Of a stretch of DNA of 64,000 nt, positions 13,365 to 24,039 are shown piece by piece (within the stretch, counting starts at the first letter, position 1; every line of letters starts with the position of its first letter). Source of the DNA: Phoronis australis (Eukaryota > Animalia > Phoronida); NCBI GenBank assembly GCA_002633005.1, contig NMRA01000801.1:1-64000 (forward strand), written 5' to 3'. The notes beneath the pieces were generated by a model, which worked only from the letters and a program-made list of their open reading frames with translations, had not been told where the DNA came from and did no database searches. Made by a program: the position numbers and the translations under genes.

Positions 13365-14568
13365 GTAAGTAAACCTGCTTGCTTGTTTGTCTTTTCCGCT
13401 TGTCAGTTGACCCCTTTCTACTCGTTTTCTGCCGTGGGAGTCACGTGACCTGTATGATGTGAAAGTGGCTTGAAAGTTTGCGAGTTAGCTAGCCATGGTG
13501 ATCATGGTCACGTGACTGCCTGACATGTTATCTCACAGTGTTCTGCCATTTGTTGGGTTTCCCTATAGTTTGGTTCTTGAACTAACTGTTGCCTGCTCAT
13601 AACTGTGTAGATGAACAGCACTAACGTCTGTGTAGTGGATTACTGATTTATTAACATTCATTTGGAACATTTTTTGAATGTTTATGATGAAGTAGTCTGT
13701 ACAATATATATGTAGACCCAGAAAACGCCAAGAGGCATTGCACTTGGGCTAAATAATGCAATACAATACAATACAAAGAAATCTATGTACAATTATACAC
13801 AAATACATAAACTGGTAAACTGATGTAAAGATTACATTGATATATTTTGAATATAAATATGATTAGGAATATAAATAAATCATTTTCATACACAATAAGT
13901 GAGTTTACCTTCATCATTTGAGCGTAGTTCACAACTAAGTGTCAATATGTATCAGTCATGACCTTGATGAACATAACTTATTCAGAGCAGCATGTCTCTG
14001 GTTATTGTATATTCAGTCACTTAAAACCATCAGGGCTTAAGTTTATCAAAAATTAACCAGAAAGCTCATTTCTAAAAATCTGCCTAAAATGACACTTCGA
14101 GAGTCAAAATGTCAGTCAGAAAGCCAATTCTCGTGAAAGCATTCTCTGGATCAGATCACTCTAGAATAACACAATAGATTCTAGTCGGTGTTTGTAAGTG
14201 ACACTTACTGTAAGTGAAACTTAGTGTAAGTGAAACTTAATGTAAGTGAAACTTAATGCAGTAATGCTATGCTTTTAGAGGTCCAGAGGTCAGCTGATGC
14301 CAGCTGAAACCTGTAAAGATTCTTCTTTAACTGCATCATCACCGGATGGGTCGTGTTCTTTTTAATTGTACCATCACTGGATGGGTCGTGTTCTTTTTAA
14401 TTACACCATCACTGGATGGGTCGTGTTCTTTCCTTTTTACCCATTATCATCTGATGCTAGGTTTGAGGCGAAAGTTTGAAAATGACTCGAGCGCACACCA
14501 GAACCATTTATGTTATTTTTGCCATGTCTGTAAATTAACTCGTCATAAAAAATTGTTTCATATGTAGC

Positions 14569-14712
14569 TGCTGTAACTTGGTTAGTAAAGTCAGAGAGAA
14601 AACTAGTCACGTCTGACAACAACCATGTTTTTATTACCCAACATCCTTAGCTACACCACACCAGAGACACCAAGTGTCGAACAAGTACACTAGACGCTAT
14701 CAAGATACTGCA
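14569..14712 (-). repeat. 3' LTR
   Basis: Identical to 18729-18872; adjacent polypurine tract GGAAGGGAGGGA (minus strand, 14713-14724). Confidence 0.96.
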
Positions 14713-14782
14713 TCCCTCCCTTCCTAAGTCTAAACTTAACTCTACTTATGAGTTACACACTAAACACAAGAGTCAAAGTGCT

Positions 14783-17700
14783 CTACAAGTCAAGTCTATC
14801 AGGAGCCTTCACAGTCCGTTGTGAGCGACGAACAACTGGTGTCCCGGTTGGCGGTATATTGTTCACCACATCTGGCACGATACCCTGATCTGAAGGTTTA
14901 TCAATAGAATTATTAACACTAGTGTCTGGTACAAACACAAAATCCTTAGAGTCAGCACTAATGAATGAATCTGATTTCAGTTCACGATCTGGTTTCATGC
15001 TATGAACAATATGATCAACATGGCGCTTCAGGACACGTCCATCATCCAGCTCAATCAAAAACGTAACTGGACCACTCTGATCAGCAACTGTTCCGAACAA
15101 CCATTTTGCATCACCTGAAGCATGATTTTTTACCAAAACTTTGTCACCAACATCGAATGTTCGCAATCGAGCAGACTTATCATGCTGGCTCTTTTGATCC
15201 ATTTGTTTTTCCGCCACTTTTGCATTCAAATTGGGCCGCAAATTGTCCAAACGCGATCTGATCTTCCGAGAATAAAGTATCTCGCACGGCGGTTCACCGG
15301 TAGTTGTTTGTGGCGTTAACCGGTACCACATCAAAAACTTTGACACACGCTCACTCAGTGTTTTACCACTGACTTTCTTGAGTCCTTCCTTCACAGTCTG
15401 AACAGCTTTCTCAGCCATACCATTGGACGACGGATGGTATGGAGAAACAAGGGTATGCTTAACAGCATTACTGTTTAAGAAGTCCTTGAATTCACGACTG
15501 GTGAAACACGTACCATTATCACTGACTATGACACGGGGAACTCCCCTGTCCGCGAAAGATTTCCGCAATCCATCAATGGTAGCACTAGTTGAAGTTGAAT
15601 GAGTTATGTGAACATCGATCCATTTTGACTTAGAGTCAATAATAATCAACAGCATTTTCCCTTCAAATGGACCGGCATAGTCTATGTGCAGTCGTTCCCA
15701 AGGCTCACCTGGGAAGACCCAAGGGTGCAGCGGTGCATTCGCTGGGGCTTTCCTACTCTGGCAGCATGACGAACAACCACGGACGACACGTTCAATCTCT
15801 GAGTCCATGTTAGGGTACCACACATAACACCTCGCTAATGCCTTCATTCTAGACATTCCCGGATGGGCTTCATGAAGTTCACTGAGAATGTGTGTACGCA
15901 ATACGGTGGGGATTACTAAACGACAACCCCAAAGTAAACAGCCATCCTCCAAACTCAGCTCGAGCTTACGATTGTAGAATGGACGAAAATTGTCACCAAT
16001 GTCCGACGGCCAACCAAATTTCACGAAGTGCACGACTTTCGAAAGAATAGGGTCTCGTGCGGTCAAACGTTTCACTTCGGCTACGTTTGCACAAGTCGAT
16101 GACAACTGTTCCTTAAGCCAATTTACACGTCCGGGTACAGCGACATCCGTAGGAGCAGGGTCGACCGGTAATCGGCTCAGCGCGTCAGCATTTCTAAGTT
16201 TAGAACCCGGTTTATACCGAATCTCATAACAATATGCTGATAGTATCAACGACCAACGCGTTAAACGATCTGAAGCCATTTGCGGAATCCCTTTTCTTGT
16301 TCCGAAAATATTCATCAAGGGTTTATGATCAGTCTCGATAACAAAGTTTCTTCCATACAAATACTGATGGAAATACTTCAACCCGAAAATAATTGCAAGT
16401 CCCTCTTTGTCTAACTGACTATAGTTCTTTTCCGCACTGCTTAGAGTTCGTGAGGCAAAAGCTATCGGGCGCTCATCTGGATCAGTATGTGCAATAACAG
16501 CACCGACACCATACGCAGATGCATCACAGGTGAGTACTATCGGTTTTTCCGGATCATAATGAGCGAGCACAGTGTCAGAACACAGCAAATCCTTTGATGC
16601 ACGAAATGCGTCTTCTTGGCGGCTCGACCAACGCCAAGATTTGTTTTTGCGTAATAATTCGTACAGAGGTGCAAACTGTGTTGACGCATTGCGAATGTAT
16701 TTGCCGTAGTAATTTACCATTCCAAGGTAAGCTCTCAGTTCAGACACATTATTCGGCACTGGGGCATTTCTAATGGCCTCGATTTTAGCATTAGTAGGAT
16801 GAAGTCCTTGTGCGTCAATACGGTGACCTAAATACTCGATCTCGTCCTGTAAGAAATTACACTTTGAACGATTTAATGTGAGTCCAGCATCTGACAGCTT
16901 TTGCAAAACAGCTTTCAGATTTGCAAAATGTTCATCCCGTGTTTTACCCGTAATGACTATGTCATCTAAGTACACTATGACACCGGGTAACCCTTGTAAT
17001 AACGTGTCTATGGCGCGTTGCCAAATCGCAGGGGCGGACGCGATTCCAAACGCTAGTCGCTCTTGACAATACAGACCACGATGAGTGTTGATCGTTAGAT
17101 ACTCTTTCGAGCGATCATCAACTTTCATCTGTAAGTAGGCGTTGCTCATGTCCAGTTTTGAAAACTGGCTACCAAGAGCTAACTTAGTCTGCAGTTCGTC
17201 GATTCTCGGTAATGGGTACTTATCAAGAATTGCAACTTGGTTCACAGTCACTCGATAGTCGCCGCAAATGCGAATTTTCCCATTAGCCTTTACCACGGGC
17301 ACAATGGGGGTAGCCCACCTCGAAGATTCCACTGGGCTAATGATTCCCAATGATTCTAATCGATCAAGTTCTTCGTCCACTTTATCACGGAGAGCAAAGG
17401 GTACCGAGCGAGCCTTGAAAAACCGAGGTTTCACATCGGACGGTATGTGTAAACGTGCTTCGACGCCTTTCATGAGACCAAGTTCATCGGAGAATAAGTG
17501 AGCAAATGCATTTAACATTTCATCTAAGTCACTAACTTTCGCAGATAACTTGTTAACGACGTTACAATCACTCAGGAGACGGTCGCTCCAGTCAGGACCA
17601 AGCAAAACAGCTAACCAGTCACGGCCAAGTAAACATGGCCCATCACCAGGGACCACCAAAAATGACAAGTCATACTTCTGGCCATTAGCTGTCACGCAAA

Positions 17701-18703
17701 CATCGGCTTTACCGCGCAAATCAAGTTGCTCTTTCGTATATGTATACAGAGTATCATCCGCAGGTCTCAGTTTGGGTTTTGCACTTGAATAATGACTATC
17801 AAACTGCCTTTGGGTTACAATTGTTCGCGGAGAGCCAGTGTCAAGCTCAAATTGCATAGGATTTCCATCCACACACATTAGTGTTTTCACAGGTAGCTCA
17901 AACTTACCCTTATTATATAAAGTATTTAACAAGGAGCCATTGTCCGCTGACACATGGTTCATACGTTTGGTTTTCGATTTCGGTTTCGACGATTTCGAAG
18001 GTACAGAACGGTCTGGGCATTTCCGTTGAATGTGTCCCGTTCTGTGGCATCCATGACATTCCGCGTCTCTGAATCCACATTTGTCTGGGTAGTGTTGACC
18101 TCCACAACGAAAACACGGTTTGGGGGGTTTCTGTTGCTGTGGTTTGTGATGTACGTGGTTCACACTTGAGGTTGGAGACTGACCAATGCCTAAATCCCTA
18201 GCATTGTCTACTGCCATTTCCATGCTTGAGCAGATCTCATGGGCCTTGGAGAAGGTTAGGTCTTTAATTGCAAACAACCGCTTTTGAATTTCAAAGTTCT
18301 CAACCCCACACACAAGCCGATCTCGTAGCATGTCCTCCAGGTTGTTGCCATAATTGCAATGTGCTGCCAACTCCTGCAACCTACTGATAAAATTTGACAT
18401 TTTCTCCCCTTTTTCCCGTTTTGCAGAATTAAATTTATATCGTGCAACAATGGGGTTAGGTGTAGGAGAATAGTGGTTTTTTAACACATCAAGAAGCTCA
18501 GAATACGACTTATTCTCTGGTTTAGACGGTTGGATTAAGTTCCTCACCAACTGGTAGGTTTCCGATCCACACGAGGTCAAGAAAATGGCGCGCTTCTTGA
18601 TCATTGTGTCTATGTCATTCGCCACGAAATAAAACTCTAAACGTTCCACATACGATTGCCACGATTCCACCGCTTGGTCAAAATAAGACTGATTCTGATC
18701 CAA
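14783..18703 (-). CDS. Gag-Pol polyprotein (Gag with two zinc knuckles, protease, RT, RNase H, integrase)
   Basis: 1306-aa uninterrupted ORF: CFRCGGQH...C and CHGCHRTGHIQRKC, protease LDTGS, RT YLDD, RNase H DAS...E...TDHKPL, integrase HEAH...CSSC, HIDYAG/SDNG/AE; the start codon shown is TTG. Confidence 0.95.
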   Translation of the reverse strand: MDQNQSYFDQAVESWQSYVERLEFYFVANDIDTMIKKRAIFLTSCGSETYQLVRNLIQPSKPENKSYSELLDVLKNHYSPTPNPIVARYKFNSAKREKGEKMSNFISRLQELAAHCNYGNNLEDMLRDRLVCGVENFEIQKRLFAIKDLTFSKAHEICSSMEMAVDNARDLGIGQSPTSSVNHVHHKPQQQKPPKPCFRCGGQHYPDKCGFRDAECHGCHRTGHIQRKCPDRSVPSKSSKPKSKTKRMNHVSADNGSLLNTLYNKGKFELPVKTLMCVDGNPMQFELDTGSPRTIVTQRQFDSHYSSAKPKLRPADDTLYTYTKEQLDLRGKADVCVTANGQKYDLSFLVVPGDGPCLLGRDWLAVLLGPDWSDRLLSDCNVVNKLSAKVSDLDEMLNAFAHLFSDELGLMKGVEARLHIPSDVKPRFFKARSVPFALRDKVDEELDRLESLGIISPVESSRWATPIVPVVKANGKIRICGDYRVTVNQVAILDKYPLPRIDELQTKLALGSQFSKLDMSNAYLQMKVDDRSKEYLTINTHRGLYCQERLAFGIASAPAIWQRAIDTLLQGLPGVIVYLDDIVITGKTRDEHFANLKAVLQKLSDAGLTLNRSKCNFLQDEIEYLGHRIDAQGLHPTNAKIEAIRNAPVPNNVSELRAYLGMVNYYGKYIRNASTQFAPLYELLRKNKSWRWSSRQEDAFRASKDLLCSDTVLAHYDPEKPIVLTCDASAYGVGAVIAHTDPDERPIAFASRTLSSAEKNYSQLDKEGLAIIFGLKYFHQYLYGRNFVIETDHKPLMNIFGTRKGIPQMASDRLTRWSLILSAYCYEIRYKPGSKLRNADALSRLPVDPAPTDVAVPGRVNWLKEQLSSTCANVAEVKRLTARDPILSKVVHFVKFGWPSDIGDNFRPFYNRKLELSLEDGCLLWGCRLVIPTVLRTHILSELHEAHPGMSRMKALARCYVWYPNMDSEIERVVRGCSSCCQSRKAPANAPLHPWVFPGEPWERLHIDYAGPFEGKMLLIIIDSKSKWIDVHITHSTSTSATIDGLRKSFADRGVPRVIVSDNGTCFTSREFKDFLNSNAVKHTLVSPYHPSSNGMAEKAVQTVKEGLKKVSGKTLSERVSKFLMWYRLTPQTTTGEPPCEILYSRKIRSRLDNLRPNLNAKVAEKQMDQKSQHDKSARLRTFDVGDKVLVKNHASGDAKWLFGTVADQSGPVTFLIELDDGRVLKRHVDHIVHSMKPDRELKSDSFISADSKDFVFVPDTSVNNSIDKPSDQGIVPDVVNNIPPTGTPVVRRSQRTVKAPDRLDL

Positions 18704-18708
18704 AGTTT

Positions 18709-18721
18709 ATCCTCGTCGCCA
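18709..18721 (-). other. Primer-binding site TGGCGACGAGGAT (tRNA-Ser(GCT)-type)
   Basis: Complementary to the tRNA-Ser(GCT) 3' end ATCCTCGTCGCCA; 7 nt inside the 5' LTR boundary. Confidence 0.85.
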
Positions 18722-18728
18722 ATAAATA

Positions 18729-18872
18729 TGCTGTAACTTGGTTAGTAAAGTCAGAGAGAAAACTAGTCACGTCTGACAACAACCATGTTTTTATTACCCA
18801 ACATCCTTAGCTACACCACACCAGAGACACCAAGTGTCGAACAAGTACACTAGACGCTATCAAGATACTGCA
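18729..18872 (-). repeat. 5' LTR
   Basis: Identical to 14569-14712; contains minus-strand AATAAA. Confidence 0.96.
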
Positions 18873-20823
18873 GTAGCCTGTGCCAACATTTTGTGTGTGC
18901 ATGCTGAAGTAGTTATGTGAGACGTAACAGTCATCAGTAGTTTACATGGGGTCATGGTGCTCAGATAAAGGAACATTTGAGGGAGACCAACGGCAGCAGC
19001 AGATTGTCAACTGGTGTGAAAACATTGTCTTTATACCTGGTTATATTTAACTTGCTGAAACACGCTTAGTAGGGTTATGTAGGTCAAATTTGACACAATT
19101 TAGAATGTCACATCTCAGAAATGGCTGACCAGATTCATATGAAACTTTCAGACACCATACTTTGCACATTGTTCTCCAAAATGCTGTTAATAGTTGCTTT
19201 TGAAATGTTGCATTTTTGCCCGAAGTGCTTTCAAAAACGGGACTTTTATGATGTTTCTGAAAAATTCAAAAGTAGCATCAAACGAAAACAAAATGATATT
19301 TTAGAAACTACTAACAGCTTTTGAAATTTCATCTTTTACATTTATATCAAATAAAATTTGATCACATGTTATTTATCTCATCATGCTATTGATCTCGTCA
19401 TGCTATTGATACCATTGGTTTGATCATGTTATTGATAACATTGGTTTGCCTTTCTTTTTTGCTAAATTTTACTAAAAACACATAATCACGTTATACATTT
19501 GATAGCAATTGGTATAAAGTCAAATATCAAAATTCTCAGGCTTTCTACTTTCAGAAAATTTTATTTTTACAGAGTTGAAATCTATAGTTTTGTAGATCTT
19601 TGTCGAAATACACCGACCAGTTAGTATGGTCCTGCATAACCATAAGATCTGTGTTCAGTGTTTTTTGGTGCTAGTTACCTGTGATCAGCTGAAGGTGGCG
19701 CTGCACATGCATTCACAATATGGTGGACAAGTGAAATTTTACTTTCGCATTGTTCCATAAAAGACATGTAGCACCGAAATAATGTTTTAGCATGCACAAG
19801 TACTTTGCCGTAGCAACTAACTGGTGATGTTTTGGAAAATTGGGAGTGTTCACGACAAGGTTTGAAGACATGAAAAAAATTAGTTCTTTTGGGGGTTGGT
19901 TATCTAAACTTGGTTGTAGACATAACAAAATATTGTGATACAGCTGTTTGTATAATGAAACTGACGCCGCAGGATCATAGCCGCAGGATCATATAACAGG
20001 CAGGAATATCCTAATGACTGTTGTTCTGATATCTCCAAATAATTTACAAATTTGTGAAATTGCAACTACATACTACTATGAACTGACAATTATCTACTGA
20101 ACAGATGAAGATATCAATTAAATGTCTGGTGTTGATGGTATTGCCTGGATAACTCTCTCTCTTTCATAAGACATAAGCTCATTACCAACAGACCTGACTG
20201 ACATAAATGTCTTAATTAGTGGATGTCTGATGAGAAACTGTGCTCAGACTCCTAACTTATTATGTTGAGATGTTCCTTATCTGTTGTAGTCAGTAAATCA
20301 GTCTAGACTGGTTTTGACATCTGAATTTTTGTGTTTGTGAACTGTTATAGGCCTTGCATTTGGTTGGGCCATGGTTTAGTTTTTGGCAGTTTTATCACAG
20401 AGTTCTTCCTCTTTATGTTATTTTTTGTTTCACATGTGCTTTAATGTTTTTATTAGCGTTTTGATTTTTATGTTAATTGAAATACCCTCTCATGCTCTCG
20501 ACTGTTGTTAATTTTTTACATACATATCAAAGAACAATTTTTTGATGAAAATTTCAAGTCAGTAGACCATGTGTCATGGTCAAAAGTACTGTTCAGCCTT
20601 TCAATTGTTTTTTTTTTCAATTTTGGTCTGAAGGGTCTGCCTTCTAAAGCTTCATTTGACACGCTACATCAAAATTTCAAAAAAGTCTGACCTGGGAAAC
20701 CTGCATGATGTCCACATATACACAAGTCATTTAGTTCCACCAAGTTTTATCAAATACAAAACCCTAATATCTCGGAGGCACACCTTCAAACTGTAACTTG
20801 ATGTTTGTCCATGACTGTTGCAG

Positions 20824-20882
20824 AAAAGTCCCTGGATGATTGACGAGACAAGGTTAACTATAATGCAGCACCCCATCTATAG
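20824..20882 (+). CDS. NOS1AP: NOS1AP exon (KSPWMIDETRLTIMQHPIYR)
   Basis: ttgcag / gtgagt; resembles [20 protein letters not shown]; phase 0/2. Confidence 0.92.
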
Positions 20883-21450
20883 GTGAGTTGTGGAAACACT
20901 TCATCAAATGGATTAGATGTCTCCCTAGACTGAGCCTCGGTTTCTATACATTATCTTGTATGGATGCTAGTCAATGGACTAGAAACATTGGCTGACCAAT
21001 GAGTACATTTTCTGCTCTGGTTTGTTACCGGATGTTACCATTTCTGTTTTGAATGACTACTATTTCTATTTCTCTTGTGATGTTCTATGGTAGGTTGGTG
21101 TGTTTGGGGGACGGGTTGTGATTTTCAACACAAGGGTCATTACTACATGTTTTTGTAATATTTCACTGATAAAAATACGTAATACTGTAAATCCCTAACG
21201 GTACATGTGCTATTTGTAAGACAGCAAGTTACTTTTTAAAACATGAATTTGTATAATCACATTGAGGTGGTGATCAGGAGTTGCACGGATCACTCAAGTC
21301 AGGCCTAGACATGACGTAAATTGTATTAACAAATGAAATTTAGCTGTTTTGGATTATCAGGGTTTCTGCTATTGTTTTGGCTATCGCCTTGTACATGGTT
21401 CTGCTTGGAGTGTTTTTGCAGCCTTGATAACACGTGTGTGTCTGTTACAG

Positions 21451-21559
21451 GATTTTCTATGTGTCACATGACTCCCAAGATCTGAAGATATTTAGTTACA
21501 TTGCCAGAGATGCGTCAACCAATGTGTTCAAGTGCAACGTTTTCAAAACGTATAAAAAG
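21451..21559 (+). CDS. NOS1AP: NOS1AP exon ([36 protein letters not shown])
   Basis: Near-identical to the conserved CAPON PTB core; ttacag / gtacgg; phase 2/0. Confidence 0.96.
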
Positions 21560-21719
21560 GTACGGTCGAGTATACTACAAAAGATACGGTCGAGTATACT
21601 ACAAAAGTGCCAGTGTACATTACTGGTAGGTAGAGGAGTCACTACAACAACGCCAGTGTGCTTTACTGGTAGGTAGAGGAGTCAGTCTTTCCTTTTGATA
21701 AATGTTCACTTGTTTGACT

Positions 21720-21835
21720 CAAGGTCGTGGGTTCGCATCTCATTGGGACACACTACTGGACCCTTGAGTCGGGTCTGCAGCTCCTCAGCTCAGTTTTAAT
21801 TACATATTAAAGCATAAAAATGGTTCCCAGCGATT
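21720..21835 (+). repeat. Degenerate tRNA-derived SINE fragment
   Basis: B-box-like GGTCGTGGGTTCGCATC followed by CCCTTGAG...AAATGGTTCCCAGCGA core-like motifs. Confidence 0.4.
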
Positions 21836-22968
21836 AGTTCATTGGGCCCACCTGAGCGACCTGCACACGTCTGGTACAAAGTGTACCTGACCACCTGCAA
21901 GTATATTTGTTACTGGTAGGTCTTAGCCATGTTGAATATATTATTATGCACACATTCATACTGTGGTCCATGTAAGCCATAACAGTGTGCATGTTTAAGT
22001 GGATGGATGCTTTTATATGTTGGGTTGTTTAATGTGCAGTGTTCAACTTAGGGGTCTTTGTTGACATATTATGTAATCACTACTCACAGGTCTATATGTT
22101 TACAAGCTTCACTTGAGTGCAACCACTATTGAACTGGTTTATTATTATATGACAGGAGTCTGCCTGTTATGTGAAATGGAAGCACTTACTTCTAATGTGA
22201 TAGTTGTGTACTTAAAATAATTTGAATGGATTGAACAATAAATTGCCAACAATTTAATTGTCATCTATATGTGAGTGCTAGTGTGGTCTGTGAGCTGCAC
22301 ACTGGTACTCATGTGCTGGAGCATATCAATTATAGATTATTGATTGTAAAAGTACCTGTTTTCAGATTGATCCTAGGAATATTTGGCTTCATAAAGTGTG
22401 GCAGATTCCCACGCAGTGCTAAGCAAAAATCAGGAATTTGATATAGAAATAAATCAAGTTTGTCATGTCGAATCTCTTAGTTGAAATTTTCAATGAACTT
22501 TGATTTCTACATTCCTTTGTTTTATTTGGAAGTTTGCTAATTCGTAATACTGAAAAACTTGAGAGTTACAGCACAAAGGATGAAATTGTTTTCATAGGGG
22601 GCGCTGCATGCGGCTTGAAGGATTACGCCTTTAAAGGCGAAGGCAACCTTTTTCCGTGTCATTTTGAGCTAAAATAAGGTTGGTTGGTTATCCTAGACAT
22701 ATTTTCCACTTAATTACAGCTTTTCGTAATTTTATAGATTACTCGTCCGCTACTCCGGAAGTGACGTTTTAGGAGGCAAGCGTTTCCCGCCACTTGGTTT
22801 TGCGTTGACTTTACCGTGCGAATCTGTTCTATTCTACTTTTGTTTTGTGCTGTTTTTCAACAATTGTCGCCACCACTTTCCATCGGCGAGTATTCTGCGG
22901 CAAGATAGGTTAGTAGAGAACTCAACTATGTTGGATTTAGGAATTGTTTAGTGTGTTGTAAGCTGAAA

Positions 22969-23265
22969 ATGGCTGGAGTCGGTGACCCGTATCACAGTGA
23001 CAGTAGTGTGAGTGACGGAGCTTGTTCACAGCAGTCTTGACGAGGAATTTTTTGACGGACATTCAGTGGGTGGGTGCATGTTTGAGCCCGAGTATAACGA
23101 GGCTGAGTATGCACAGGCACAGGCAGCTGTTGAGAGAACAAGGCGGCTACTGAGGAGAGACGTGGTGACACATCTTGGTGCAAATGCACTGTGTGTGTTG
23201 TTGTGCCTACCTCAATGGAATACTTGTGCTGTTCAGAGTTCGACGAGGCCAAGCCACTACTGGAC
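22969..23265 (+). pseudogene. KolX / P2X7-ballast-like Cys-rich gene remnant (frameshifted, truncated)
   Basis: CMFEPEY motif, then after a frameshift ERRGDTSWCKCTVCVVVPTSMEYLCCSEF. Confidence 0.75.
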
Positions 23266-24039
23266 ATGGTTAAGTGGACCTCCGGCATACCACGGACAGA
23301 GGAACAACTGTCCCACTTTCCAGTGTCCCGCGACACACTCCCACTGGATGGTGACCTGAGCACCCAAACTGCTTACATCATGTCGTGTGACTCCCTCGCC
23401 ACACACCTGGCACCTTCTAAATAGCTCCACAATAAACTTATCAAAGTTTGGCTCACCGATCTGTTCACTGGACGACGAACTGTCCTCTTCACTGGGTGTC
23501 GAACTGAGCCTGTAATCACTCCCACTACTCAATATCGCTGCAGGACTGCTTAGAGGCTCTGGGCTGGAGAAAACAGCACAGGGCGAATCACTACTGGTTC
23601 CAGGAATGGCACGCTCTGGGGTACGTTCGGAGGCACGGGTGACAGTAGATGAAGGGCCTCCACCGGCTCCAGTCACTGTACTGGCCACAGCTCGCGAGGC
23701 TTCTCGCTTCAAATATGCACTTCTCAGGGGTGGCGACGGGGCACTGCGGGGAATCAACACAGACGGAATGACAACCTTCTTCAGACGTTGTTTCGCAGGG
23801 ACCTTCATCAGTTCAGTGTACAAATCCCTTTCGTAATCGGACGGCATAAAGTACTTGCCACACACACGGTAATTCTCCACTGCTTTGTACGTTGCGTGGA
23901 CGGGTAACACTGCGTTCTTCACACGAACGAGCCAAGTACGGCGAAGTGTGTCATCCATCGGAAAGGGATGCAAAGGTACTCCCAAAGCGCGCGTGAGCCG
24001 ATAATTAGTACATCCTGGTACGCAGCAACAGTGTGGCAT
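23257..24039 (-). pseudogene. THAP-domain Kolobok transposase, 5' fragment
   Basis: CCVPGC...HPFP...W...RVCGKYF...VIPSV THAP signature (ligand His replaced by Tyr); then KFIVELFRRCQVC...WECVAGH; catalytic part absent. Confidence 0.85.

Larger units (their letters stand above)
14569..18872 (-). mobile_element. Full-length Gypsy/Ty3 (Mag-like) LTR retrotransposon, antisense in a NOS1AP intron
   Basis: Identical 144-bp TG...CA LTRs (14569-14712, 18729-18872); GTAGC 5-bp TSD; PBS and PPT present; single gag-pol ORF. Confidence 0.97.

Noticed and set aside
15122-18810. Short + strand and alternative-frame ORFs within the retrotransposon
   Set aside because: Shadows of the gag-pol frame with no independent motifs
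21720-21760. tRNA-like GGTTCG motif
   Set aside because: No complete cloverleaf or acceptor stem; better explained as a SINE head
23257-24039. Domesticated host THAP gene
   Set aside because: Enclosed by TIRs and TTAA, zinc-ligand His lost, frameshifted at its end, with a decayed sister copy nearby
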